Shown: piece after piece, positions 47,968 through 60,360 of the stretch | Layout: each line of letters begins with the position of its first letter | How positions within the stretch are numbered: the stretch's first letter is position 1 | Assembly (NCBI GenBank): GCA_030704615.1 | Contig: CM060732.1 | Coordinates: forward strand, 81,840,001-81,904,000 | DNA: 64,000 nt | DNA from: Takakia lepidozioides | Lineage: Eukaryota > Plantae > Bryophyta | Reading direction: 5' to 3' | Notes under the pieces: model-generated | What the model saw: only the letters and a program-made list of their open reading frames with translations | The model's database searches: none | Told to the model about the DNA's origin: nothing | Made by a program: the position numbers and the translations under genes

Positions 47968-49485
47968 TCTCCAGAAAGACTTGTAACTCAGCCTCAGTGA
48001 GGACATAAGGGGCAGGAGGCATAATTAACGTATCTGCTCTGTCAGGATCACGTTGTAGCCACAATTCAGGGCGCATCCCAAGTAGCTCCAAATCACGACG
48101 AACTTTCAATGTGTCTTTCTCACCAAAGATAGTTTTAATAATATTTTCAGCCAAGTTCTTCTCGCAATGCATTGCGTCAAACGTGTGGCGGATGAGGAGA
48201 CCCTACAAAATGAACACATAAGCAATTGAGCATTTACTAATCACAATTTAAACAGAAAACGCAAAAATGTACACAGCCAATTTAAAGGCCATGAAGGAAT
48301 TACCTCCCAATAAGGTAAGACATATAAAATTGACAATCGCTTAACTCCATGAGTTTTTGCTGGGTCTGTCTTGCTATCTGGCGTCCCTCCGTTTTCCACC
48401 CATGCAGTGCGAGCTGTTGCAAGCTCCTTGATTTGTGTTCCAGTCTACGTTTTTGGAGGAGTTCCATGCTCAGTAGCGCCATTGAACATTCTTGACCTTC
48501 TATATGGATGATTGCGGGCCAAAAATCTTCGATGGCCTAGGAAAATAGTTTTTCCACATGTGTATAACTGCTGTGAAGTCACCCCGGGTCCACAAGCTGG
48601 ACAACCAGCATAACCTTTCGTCACTTGACCTGAGAGCAAGCCATATGCAGGGTAGTCATGGATTGACCACATCAACACTGCCCTCAGTGTGAATTCGCGT
48701 TGACCACGAGGATGGGAAACATCATGAGCTGCAATCCCTCTCCAAAGTTCCAGTAGCTCTTCCACTAGGGGCATCAGGTAAACATCTACGTTGTCCGAGG
48801 TAACAGACTCCTTACCAGGAATCAGTAGCGCTAACATGACAAAGAACTTTTTGGTCATTAACCACGGAGGCAGATTATAATTGACCAAGAGAACGGGCCA
48901 TGTGCTCCAACTTGTGGATTGAGCTCCGTAGGGATTTACACCGTCTAAGGCCAATCCAAATCGCAGAGATCGTGGCTCTGCAGCAAAATCCTCAAATGTG
49001 GTGTCAATGTGTCTCCATGCTTTGCTATCAGCTGGATGTCGAACCAACCCATCCTGGCTCTTATGTCTGTCGTGCCATGTCATGAGGTTAGCGATCGCCT
49101 TACATCGGTACATACGTTTCAACCTTGGAATGACATGGAAGTGTCGCAATACTTTCTTGGGCACACTTCCACGACCTGGAATGTAACGGGAACTGTGGCA
49201 CACTGGGCAAATGTCTACATTCTCATACTCCCCACGGAAGAGTACACAACCACGCTCACAGGCATGAATCATGGTGTACTGCAATCCCATCTTGGCAATC
49301 ATGGTTTTTGCTTCATAGTGAGTTTTCGGCAATGTTTCCAACAACAGTACTTTTCCTCCATGACACTCATCGCAGTTGCATAGCATTTTCGTATGCCCAT
49401 TCCTTGTGGCATAAGCTTCTTCCATTCGCCAAAGACGGTCATCTATTCTACGCCTACACATCCGGTCGCCACCTGCACTGTACAT
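47968..49485 (-). pseudogene. CACTA B transposase (TnpD, Transposase_21 domain), internally deleted and 3'-truncated
   Basis: IHACERGCVLFRG, LVRHPADSKAW, GLALDGVNP, WPVLLVNYNLPPW, WSIHDYPAYG, CPAC, FLGHRRFL; intron ~48302-48204; DAMHCEKN. Confidence 0.92.
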
Positions 49486-50907
49486 GCTTTGAACGTCACC
49501 CCTTCCCTCTTTGCATGCTACACACAGTGCATTGTCTCTTGTTTTGCACCAGCTGCCAATATGCTATTTCTATATCTATAATATACTATAAGTATCGTTT
49601 CTGAGTGTCCATGGTGAAGTGGAAGGTCTTCGAAGCAGTCTCTCTCACTGAGTACGAAAAGTTCCGAGAGCACCGGATTGCTGCCATAAAGGAGGTGGAA
49701 GCAACGTTCAAGCAGTCGATAGATGGGTGAGTTTAGTTCCTGACTTTGGTTACCCACCCACTAAACTTGCGATTCGCCTTATCCTCTAACCTTCCTACAG
49801 CGATCATAAGCTTCATAGCACAAATGGGGGCGAGTAGCTGCGACTTGTACAAACAGAGAGGCAAACAACATGCAGTGAGTGACAATTAGGTTTGAGGAGG
49901 GTGTGTCATTAGGCGAGAGATGTCTGCCGTCATTCGTGGGCAGCCATTACGTCCTGGTAGGGTGCGGCTGTGGTTCAGCGTAGGCTTAAGAGTATTAGGG
50001 TATGTATGCTTGCATTTGTTTGTGATTGTTTGAGAGGGAGGTCATGGAGGTGTTTGTGCAGGCTTGCGGGAGCGAATCGCCCTCGCAAGCCACGCGCTCC
50101 GAAGGAAAAAGCTAGGGATCAAGGTCCCGCAAGGCAAAGTGCCAGACTGAAGACGATGAAGACTACGATTCTGCATGAGGGCTCTTCTGAGGACGATGAG
50201 GACAAGGCGAGTGCATCGTCGGTGGATGACACAACAAGCTGATGAGAACATGCCCATGCTCATGTCGCAGGACAAAAACGCCCATCATCTACACTACGAA
50301 CACCTTCTCCGTCTGTGAGTTATAGTTCTTCACAATGACCATGATTCAAATTATGTATGTTTTTGGTAAAATCACGAAGAGATAGGGTATGGTAAGATCA
50401 TGAAGAGATAGGGTATGTCTGTCACGACAGGGAAGTTGGACAATGCAGGGGTCAGCCAAGGCACAATCACAAATGATTTCCACTAGACAAGTTGAAGTGC
50501 CAAAGGCATGATGTCAGGCCAATGTAGACTTCAAGTGTGTTCAAATTCTTTGCCCCATGAAACCAACGTCCTGGTACTAAGCTACAATGGCTACTTATAG
50601 AGATACTTGGGTTACTTATGCACCCAGAATATCAGTAAAACTTGGAGGGATACTTCTCATGGACCCATCAGGTTTGTCCCTTTGAATTCGTGCTCTGGAT
50701 TTCAGGAACACCCCATACCTAAGAGGGTTCAAAAATGTACTGGGAGGACATCATTGGGGCCAATCAAATTTGGGAGATTTACTGCCCAAGATCATACTGA
50801 GTTTTGGGTAATCTTGTCTTTACAAATGATATGTGCTTCCAATTTGTTATCTTGAATTCAAGGATTTGCTGCTTGCTGCCTATATGTATGTGTAATCACC
50901 CACATTG

Positions 50908-51205
50908 TACTGGGGAATTTCTTTTCAGGGCAAGCACAAGCGCACTGGATCCACGATCCCTGCTGCTAGCAATGGAGATGGCGCCCACAAGAACGCAGGA
51001 GGTGGCCCTAACTCTCCCATCGTTTTGGGTTCTGTGCCACCAGTACCCCCACCTTATACTGGGGAATTTCTTTTCAGGGCAAGCACAAGCGCACTGGATC
51101 CACGATCCCTGCTGCTAGCAATGGAGATGGCACCCACAAGAACGCAAGAGGTGGCCCTAACTCTCCCATCGTTTTGGGTTCTGTGCCACCAGTACCCCCA
51201 CCTTA
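50908..51205 (+). repeat. 149-bp tandem duplication including a splice acceptor
   Basis: Two near-identical units starting TACTGGGGAATTTCTTTTCAG at 50908 and 51057. Confidence 0.95.
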
Positions 51206-52939
51206 TTATGGTATGCCTCAGTACCCACAGTCTGGCACTCAATATGGTCAGGGTCAATATGGTGCTCCTCCATATGGGCAGTATGGCCAGTATCCTCCTC
51301 CACCATATTTGCCACCCCCTAATAGCTATGGGGGTGGAAGGCCACCAGAATATCCTCCTGCTTATGGATAGTATGGCCAGTATTGTCCTCGGCCTTCTGG
51401 CCAACAGCCATGGCCACCAGTCCCTACTTGGCAGGATCCTGCTTTGAATTCTCCTGAGCGCACCGAGGGAGGGGAGGGTGCCGTTTCAAAGAATGATAGA
51501 ACCAATGCTTTAAGGAGGGCTAATAGCTCAGCCAAAATTGAAGCTGCCAAGGTGAAGGAAGAGAGAATAGCTGCAGGTCTTCCTCCCACGGTGATTGTGA
51601 CGAACCTCAAAGGAGCCCCGTATGGTTAGACCCGGAATGTATGGCACGTTGCCCTTAAAGGACAGGCTTATCGCAAGCTAGATTGTTCCCTTGCCATCAA
51701 CAACCAACTTGATGAAGTTGTATACGAAATCGAGATCACCTGGCTAAGCTATTTTCATATACGCCACACAAGTTAAAAGACTTCCACCTAAAACAAACAA
51801 TTGGCAGAATAATGAAGAGCCAACGTTATGAAGCACACACTGCGTGGTTGGGTGGTAAGGGAAAACCCATTACTGTATCTAACAAGGTATGGAACAAGCT
51901 TGTAAGTTACTGGCAGACAGAGATGTTCCACAAAGTGTCGGGCAACATGAAGAAGGCAAATGGTGCAATTCAGAATCCTACCAAGACTAGCCGTGGTGGG
52001 AAGGCAATGGTGAAAGCACGCTTGGTAAGTGGCATCATCACGACTCTGTATTTTGTTCCTCATTGAATTGTTATGTGTATATAGTCAGCCCTCACATTGC
52101 TTACTGACTTGTGGCATGGGTTTGTTTGTGGCATGTATTAATTAATTTGCAGGAAACACTATCAGGGTGCCCTCCTACATTATATGAAATTCAAGAGGGT
52201 TCAGTGTCACAGTTGTCAGCTGGGAGTGACAGGCGGGTAAGTGTGTTTTCCATGTGTTGCGAGAGTGGTTGCTGCATCATAGGTTGCTAGGGTTTTTTTC
52301 AAGGCCTTTGGCCTGGGTTTTCTTTCCAATGGTTGTTCATGCTAGGTTTTTTTTGTTTGATTCATACTTGGGCAAGTTTTCATGGATTGGCAGGAGGGAA
52401 GTCTTGCATATTCTACAGTAGTTGGCAGGATGGATGGCTTGGACAAACTGGTGGAATCACAAGGATGTGACATGGCAGACTTAAAATTACAGATGCAGAG
52501 CATGATTGAGTACCAGAAAACCATTGTGGCCAGATTGGGGATTAATCTACCAGGCGCAGGACCAGTGACATCTACGATGGATGCGTCTGCTGTGACAGAA
52601 TCAAAATGTTTGGAATCCCAATTTCAGACGGTAACTGGTGCTCACTCTAAGCCCTTATGTCTTCCTGTCACTGATGATATTTTGAATTTGACCGAGCAGC
52701 AGCAGGATACAGGGAAGGCCAGCTGTGAGGTACACGTGGAAATTCAGCCCTTGCCACGTTCAAAGGCAGTAGCAGTCCAGGGGGCAATGGTGACAGAGCC
52801 GCCGGGCACACCAGATTCTGGTATGCATGTATGTGGGAGTTTAAATGGGGAGGAAGATGCAGACGGGGACAAAACAAACAAGCAGGTTGCTTTAATTTCT
52901 CCTGCTCTCATGTTGAAGCCAAATGACAGTTTACTTCCT

Positions 52940-53560
52940 AGACCAGCGAGGAAGCATTTACTAATTCTGGACTTAAATGGTCTGTTATGTGAATCTTTTC
53001 ATTCTGCTAATGGGCCTGTATCCCTTCCCAAAGGTTTTGTGGGGAAGATGTGTGGCAAGAAGATGGTAGTTTTGAGACCACGCTGTTATGACTTTTTGCA
53101 AAAGTGTTTTGAACACTTTGAGGTGGCGGTGTGGTCTTGTTGCCAAGCTCACAACTTCTTCCCAATGGTGGACTATATTTTTGCAGCCCACACTAAGATG
53201 GTTTTCCAGTGGGATGCCCTTCACTGTGACGAGGATCCAGTCCTCCCATGCCGTAAAGGGTCTGATTCAAAGCCATTATATTTCAAGAACTTGTCTAGAG
53301 TGTGGGTAGACTGGCCAGAATGGACTTATGAGGACACTGTTCTTATTGACGACACACCAAGAAAGGTGGCAAACAATCCTCCATTCAGTGGGATTTTTCC
53401 AGAGCCATAGAAAGTGCAACCAGATTCACCAACTGATGAGTATCTAACAGAGGTGTTGTGGCCTTTCTTGTGGAAGGCATCGAAAGCTGCCAGTATTCCC
53501 AAGTTTTTGGAGTCTCAGCCTGTTTTCGGACAACAACCATACAACACTGCTACTGTGAAG
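52940..53560 (+). pseudogene. FCP1-homology / NIF (HAD-superfamily phosphatase-like) domain
   Basis: RKHLLILDLNGLL, LRPRCYDFLQKCFEHFEVAVWS, FKNLSRVW, TVLIDDTPRKV..NP, then after a premature TAG (53408-53410) LWPFL...FGQQP. Confidence 0.85.
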
Positions 53561-54638
53561 GTACAAACATTCTGACAGTGTTCCAGAGGCTACAAGTTTT
53601 GTGGGTTCATTCATTGCATTGCTTTCCTGGATGCTTCTCCTCGGTTGCTTGATTAATGCTAGGTTTTCTTTGCAGGTTTTCATGTTGGCTTTTTTTGTTT
53701 GATTCATACTTGGATTTTGTTTCTATTCACTATTCCTGTTTGCTCATTGCTTTCCTGGTTGTTCTCTGGTCTGTGACACATGAACTTGTGACAAACAAAG
53801 GTGATATTGTCGACAAGCCGGTACAAACCAGGGGCAAGAGTGTCGACCCAGCGAGTAGCCCCCCAAAAGACGTCTCACAACCACTCGAGACTGCAAATGG
53901 AGTAAGTCCAGGGCGTTGTCTTGTTTGTTTTATTTTTTCCAACCTTGGGGCTCTCTTTAATTCGCAAATGTTGAGTGTCATAGTTGTGTGTATGTCATGG
54001 GTTTTCACATCATGTTCTTTTTTGTGTGGAGTTGGGATCACAGTTCAGGGTGGGTGACGAGTTTCGGCTATTGGATGTGAACTCCAAACGCAAGAAATGT
54101 GGAGTAGGGCTGATTGTTGCTCTTCAAGGTGCTGTGGTGGGTTACGGGTACCCTGCTGTGCCCCTTGATTATGCCTGTGTGTACATCAAAGAGGCAAGTG
54201 TCAGTAACACCCCTCTACCATATGTGAATGGTGTTAGGAAACATACCGAGTTGGGGCAGGTGGTTGGCCAGACAACACTTTGGAGTCTAAAGTTACTGAA
54301 ACTTATGGAGTTGCGGAAGGGATAATCAGTATTGCACTGTTTAACAGAGTTCTTGATTCTAATAGCATCAGAACATACTAGCTACAACAATTCAGCCCAT
54401 GTGTGGGCTTGCTTGTTTTTTGCTGGGCCTTTTGAGGCATGCATTTTTTGACCTTGTGGCTTTTGAGGTGTCCTTTGGGACATTGGTCTCATTTGGATTT
54501 TTGTAATGTGATTTATAGGGCTTGTATTCCCTGTAGTTGACTATTTTCATTCTCCTTGTGGTTGATAGTATGCAGGAGGGATCCATTCTGTTTTCATGTT
54601 GGAATTTCACCATGTAATGAAGAATTTAAATCATTTAA

Positions 54639-55368
54639 GGGTGAAAGCATGGTAGGGTCGGCCCAAAATGGAAGTCCCAGACAGTTTATTTTTGCATTTT
54701 GTATATATAGGACTCAATGAAGATGTTAAGTTGGAATTTTTTATGGGTTATGAAGCAAAATCTAGACCATTGTTGACGTTTCGAACATAATGAAATTTGA
54801 ATCAGACAAATCTGACAAGATTTGGAAATCCATATAAGTCCATGAGTGCATGAAGCTTGTGCGGTCTCAACGGGTGATATGCCCTTCATGGACTCATTGG
54901 GAAATGAATCCGACATCCATTGTAGATGGAAAATTTAACCACCTTCATTGATCTCCCTTGTTATATGAAAATCTGGTTCAAAGGTCAAAATTTCCTCCCC
55001 TACAAGTTTTAGACGTAATTAAATATTTATAAATTTCGTGAATTAGCACATCGATTTTGGACATGCAATCTTCATTATTTTTTATATCTCCTTTCACAAT
55101 AAGATGGATTGAAAGCTTATGGAGGGAAATATGCCTACAAAATTTAGAATCGAACCCATCTATGAAGACTTGCAAATTTTCATCTATGAATTGATGTCAA
55201 TAAAGGGTGAGATTGATAAATAAACCTAGGGACGTAGCATGATATCATATGTATGTAGTCTTCAAGGTTTTACAAATAGGTTTGTCTAAACATACATTGT
55301 CCATGAAAGTGGAGTCGAGGACTCCCAAATTCTGCCAGTTTTGGGTGGACCCTATCCTGCATTGATCC
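54639..55368. mobile_element. Non-autonomous MITE, TTAA-flanked with GG...CC ends (Kolobok-like; TA-TSD reading also possible)
   Basis: Imperfect ~30-bp TIRs GGGTGAAAGCATGGTAGGGTCGGCCCAAAA / TTTTGGGTGGACCCTATCCTGCATTGATCC; the homologous end of element A has the empty site (single TTAA at 34615-34618). Confidence 0.78.
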
Positions 55369-55559
55369 TTAATCCACTTTCATTTTAAATAATATTATTA
55401 AAAATAATACCATTTAATAAAATTTTCCAAGGCTGCAATCTCCCTGTTCTTTTAAATATTAAATGAAAACTAAAAACTAAAATATAAACATTAAAAATAT
55501 AAACTATTTCGGAAAACAATCTTGATGACACGTGACATCACACCTGCTCAAACCAGAAC

Positions 55560-56060
55560 ACGTGGCAGTATATGACACGACATTCTTTATCCATATTTTC
55601 ACCACGTGTAAAGATCTGTAGTCATATATGCTAATCATATATTTTGTCTGTGTGCCACATGTCACATCTCAAGTGCAACAGGTGTCCCGCTAACAACTCT
55701 TCATGTAGACATCCCTGTAGTCATATGAGCGAGTCATGTAGTCACCACGTGTGAAATCTGCCATAGCACACGTGTCCCGCTAGCGCCTCTCCATGTAGGC
55801 ATCACTGTGCAGACATGTAGTCATATGATCATGGCAAGAAGTCGTGACATGTCAAATTCGCAGTGGCGCACGTGTCCATCCGTCGCCTCTCCCTGTAGGC
55901 ATCACTTTGCAGACATATAGTCATATGATCCCCTGTCGAATGCATGACGTGTCGTTTGCACAGTGGCACACGTGTCCCGCTGAAGCCTCTCCATGTAGGC
56001 AACACTCAACAGACAATGTAGTCATATATTAGTCATATAGTTGTGACTGCAACCCTCTCT
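55560..56060. repeat. CACTA subterminal tandem repeats (~60-65 bp units with CACGTGTCCC and TGTAGTCAT motifs)
   Basis: Several degenerate units CACGTGTCCCGCT...CTCTCCATGTAGGCA...TGTAGTCATAT next to the TIR. Confidence 0.8.
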
Positions 56061-56240
56061 GCAGCAGGACTCTAGGTGCCACGCAAGCAGTCACGGATAT
56101 GACTTGCAAAACGCAGTCCTAAAGACTAGTCGCTATGACAGGGTTTTTTTCACTACAGAGTGATGTAGTCATGAACGCATATAAGACTGAAAAAATAGTC
56201 ATATGTGAAGTCGTAAAAACGCTCATCTGTTGTAGTGAGC

Positions 56241-59200
56241 TTTAGCAAATCATCGGACACAGGGAGAATTGGACAGAAATGTTGAGGTACAGCGCATGAT
56301 CCAAGAGACCTTTCAGATCATAGACACACCTGAAACTGGAAATGGGGCAGAAATGGAATTAGATGACCTAGATGTTCCCGGTGACACGAACATCCCTTCC
56401 TTAGCCCATGACCTGGTTGCGGGTGGGGACTCTCACACTGATGATCCCATCTCATTGGAAGAGGCATGTCTACCTTTGTATGAAGGCTGTAAATCCTCTA
56501 AGCTTGCATCCACATGCTTATAATGAATCTATGTGCAACACATGGGGTTACAAATGGCTTTGCGGATGAAATGTTCTCTTTGCTGCAGAAAACCTTGTTG
56601 CCACAACCAAACGTACTACCCACATCTTTCTACCATGCAAAGACCATGGTGAGCAAGCTTGGGCTTGCTTATGAGAAGATCGATGCTTGCCCAAAGGGGT
56701 GTGCGTTGTTTAGGGGGGACTTGAAAACTTTAGAGAGTTGCCCCAAGTGTCAAAGTGCCCGATTCAAAAATGTGGGGAGATCCAAGGTACCTGTTAAGGT
56801 GCTTCGCCATTTTCCATTGGGAAGAGGACCAGTCAAGAGCAGGTTATAGTGGCTTTGGTGGCAAAGCTGAGAACTGGACTTGGGAATGCGAGCTTTCATT
56901 GTGTGAAGGATTGCAAGACCAAGCGAAAGGGCTGATTTGGCTTGGGGCAAATCAGTGCAAATTTGTGGAGTATGTTGAGATTGGGTTTCAATCTCGAGTT
57001 TCAGCATTGAGAGGGCTCTTGTCCTGGCAAGAGCAAAACTGGAACATGAGCTAAGAGGTGCGGCAAGGCCATGGAATGTGCACCTAGGGTTTCAAAGCTT
57101 GGAAGAAGAGCTCTTGCACCATAAGAGGAGTGTTATCCACTGTGAGATGTTCTTCTATTGCAGAATTAATGACATGGCACAGTCGGAATGCAAGCAACGA
57201 TGGCCTTGTGCGCCATGCAGCTGATTCAAAGGCTTGGAAATACATTGATGCTACTTGGCCCGACTTTGCAGCAAAGCCTCACAATGTAAGGCTTGGTTTT
57301 TCCTTCGATGGAGTCAACCCGTTTGGTGATAAGAACAATTGCTGGTCAACATGGCCAGTGCTGACGCTAGTATACAACCTACCTCCCTGGCTCACTACAA
57401 AGAAGTTCTTTGTCATGCTTACTCTCTTGATTCCAGGAAAGCAGTCAGTTACAAGTGAGCACATAGATGTGTACTTAGCACCACTGATGGAGGAGTTACT
57501 TGTTTTGTGGAGGGGGGTCCGGGCATATGACATATGCAAACGTGTTGGTGAGAGAACCTTCATACTATGCGCCATACTACTGTGGAGCATCCACGATTTT
57601 CCTGCTTATGGCCTACTTGCAGGATATGTCACAAAAGGCTACAAAGGGTGTCCAGTATGCGGTCCTCATGTAGATGCAAGACACTCAAAAGTTCTTGGCA
57701 AAACTGTCTACCAAGGTCACCGTAGGTTCCTCCCTCAGGCCCATCCATACCGCAGGAACCGCATACACTTCAATGGACAGGTGGAGATGCGTGCGAAGCC
57801 ACATCCGTTCACACCGGTTGAACAAGAGGCCGCTGGTGTTGAGGCTGAAGGTTATGACCTTGACCCCCGTGCTTTTCCTGATGCTGAAGTTCATCCAGCC
57901 AAGGTTCATGGTTTCAAAAGGCGCAGCTGCCTATGGGATTTACCATACTGGAAGGTACCCCCTGCACTTGTACTTGTTTGAGTTCAATGTTCTTTGTAAA
58001 TGGAAAAGGTAGTGCCCCTGTAGTGGTTATTTCTTACTTTCCGAGTGGTAAAGTAGCAGTACTGCATGTAATTTGGACTTCTTATTAATAACTCGTGGAG
58101 TGGGAAAATGTAGTATCCATGATGCTCAGGAAGTTGTTGACATCACTTGAGAGGATAATAATGCACTAAAGGAGTTGTTCGAACCACTGAGGAGGGACTG
58201 TCATGCATCACAGCCACTTTAGACATGGAAGTATATAGTGCTCATAAAGGAATCTGATTTGTATAGAACTGCAATCTGTCGGAATGTTCCTGAAATGGTG
58301 TCACCAATTGCAGGATCTGTTGCAACGCTACTTACTGGATCCCATGCATTTCGGACGGAAGGACATGGTGAAGATGAGGAACGACATGGAGGTAATCGGC
58401 ATCAGACGTCACTTGTGGCTTCGGCCTGATCCACATAACCCTTCACGTATCATGAAACCAGCAGCACCGTATGTTCTCACTCCCGCTGAAATCACGATAT
58501 TTCTTGATACTTTGGGGGCTATCAAAACTCCTTCGGGATTTGCAGGTGCATTTCAAAAACACATACACCCGTCTAGGAAACATTTGACGAGTATGAAGTC
58601 CCATGATTATCACGTTTTAATGCAACAAATTTTACCTGTGTGTATTCGCCATTGCATGGCGGGGGGCCCACGTGGGGTCATTATGCGTGTGAGTCGCATT
58701 TTCCGCCGGATTTGTGCCAAAGTATGGGACCCTAATGAAATAGATTCATTGCGTGAGGATGTTGCTATAACCTTATGTTTGTTAGAGAAAGAGTTCACCC
58801 CTTATTTCTTTGATGTCATGACCCATTTGCTAGTTCATCTCGTAGATGAACTAGACACATGTGGTCCGGTGTTATCACGGTGGATGTATTCCATGGAGCA
58901 TTACATGAAAGATCTCAAGGGATACGTTAGGAATTACGCAAAGCCAGAAGAGAGTATGGCTGCAGGGTATGTTCTTGATGAGGCCATGGGGTTCATGAGT
59001 GAGTATATGCAATCATTTGATGCAACTCAACGGCGGATTTGGGATGCAAATGCGGAGGAAGGGGTTGAGAACGAGGTCTTGGAAGGTGTCGGCAAAAAGC
59101 AGGACATGAGTGGAGCTGAGAAAGATGCAACACATTTGTATGTGCTGAACAATACCAATATGATGGTTCCTTGGGTGCAGTGAGTTCTTCTTTTCATTGC

Positions 59201-60360
59201 ACCTTATTCATATATATCAAGTTCAAATGCAATTGTGACTGTCACCAGTGTAATAGAACCACCCACAAAGTCACAAATGTCAGTGGTTCATCGTGATGAT
59301 AACCACTTCTGTAGTAACTAAATGTCTAAGTGAGTGACTTTTTGGAAGAGCATGTTCATTTACAAGTCATTATGCTCACTCATCCAGTGGTTTTCAAAGT
59401 ATCATTTATGCTAGGTATTTTTTGCAAAGTAATGCAACACTTCATTGCTAACAATTCTTGTTGCCATTTTGTGACAGAAAGTATGCAACAGAGAAGGCAC
59501 AGTTCACTGCAGACAGAGAGGCATGTGCTCGTGAGTGGCGTGCCAATCGTCGACGTCACCGCCGCCTTCCGGTGCCATACCCTCCCCATTTGTTGGAGTT
59601 TCCACCCCTATCGGTATGGATACGCCATGCAGTCCAGGCCCATGTCTCTGAGCATGGTGTTGAGGATACGGATGTAATTCATTCGTCTACTCCCCCCTCA
59701 TTGAGATCAGCTTCATTTCGTGGCATGAAGGCGTATGGAAATCATTATCGAGTGGATGACATGGAGAGTCGTCTTCTTGTCTCTTTTGATTCCGGAGTTG
59801 CATCCATCTTCCAGCAACAGAGCAGAAATAATGTGCGTGATAGAAATCCAGTCATGTCACCATTAGAGTACGTTGGGGTCATCAAAGAGATCTTCAAATT
59901 GGATTATGGACGAGTGCACCCCATTGTATTTCGTTGTGCCTGGGTGAGGGCCAACCTCGTTGGACAAAATGCTACAATGAAGCGGGATTCGTATGGTTTT
60001 CTACTTGCAAATTTTGGGAGGATGTTACCCGCCAATGATCAGCCGTTCATCTTTCCATCTCAAGTTGAATAGGCGTTCCTTTCGGATGAGTTCCCAAGTT
60101 CGGAGTGGAAGGTAGTCCTTCGGAAGGATCCAAGAGCAAAAAGGATTGTGGCGGACATAGATCAATGTGACATTGGCGAAAATGCAGATTTCGATGGCCT
60201 TCAGGCACCGTCCACCTTATCAGATCAGCCAATACCTAGGTCATTAGATGGTGCCACAGCTCTAAATAAAGAAGACATGGCTATGTTGGCTACCATTCAA
60301 GCGGCGTTTGTGCAACCAACCGCTATTCCAGTTGAGCAAAGTGATTCAGAGGGTGACTAA
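56241..60360 (+). pseudogene. CACTA A transposase (TnpD), remainder: Transposase_21, DUF4218 and DUF4216 regions
   Basis: IDACPKGCALF, RHAADSKAW, DGVNPFG, WSIHDFPAYG, MKSHDYHVLMQ, FFDVMTHLLVHL, GPVLSRWMYSME, YVGVIKEI...FRCAW, QPFIFPSQV; frameshift, filler insertion and premature stop. Confidence 0.93.

Larger units (their letters stand above)
49611..54325 (+). pseudogene. TnpA/ORF2-like gene of CACTA B with Transposase_24-like, FCP1/NIF-like and Transposase_23-like domains
   Basis: Exon 1 at 49611-49726 (LTEYEKFREHRI) splices in frame to 50062; VWNKLVSYW...NMKKANGAIQNPTKTSRGG; NIF motifs at 52940-53560; last exon VPLDYACVYI...PLPY...LGQVVGQTTLW. A few stops and frameshifts. Confidence 0.75.
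40332..56237 (-). mobile_element. CACTA/En-Spm element B (inner, inverted relative to A)
   Basis: TIRs CACTACAAGAGATGAGCGTTTTTA (40332) and TAAAAACGCTCATCTGTTGTAGTG (56237); 3-bp TSD AGC (40329-40331, 56238-56240); subterminal ATGACTAC repeats. Confidence 0.93.

Noticed and set aside
34067-56237. One element with very long terminal inverted repeats
   Set aside because: Flanks differ (TTT versus AGC). The 56237 end pairs with the 40332 end through the AGC TSD and restores A's transposase frame.
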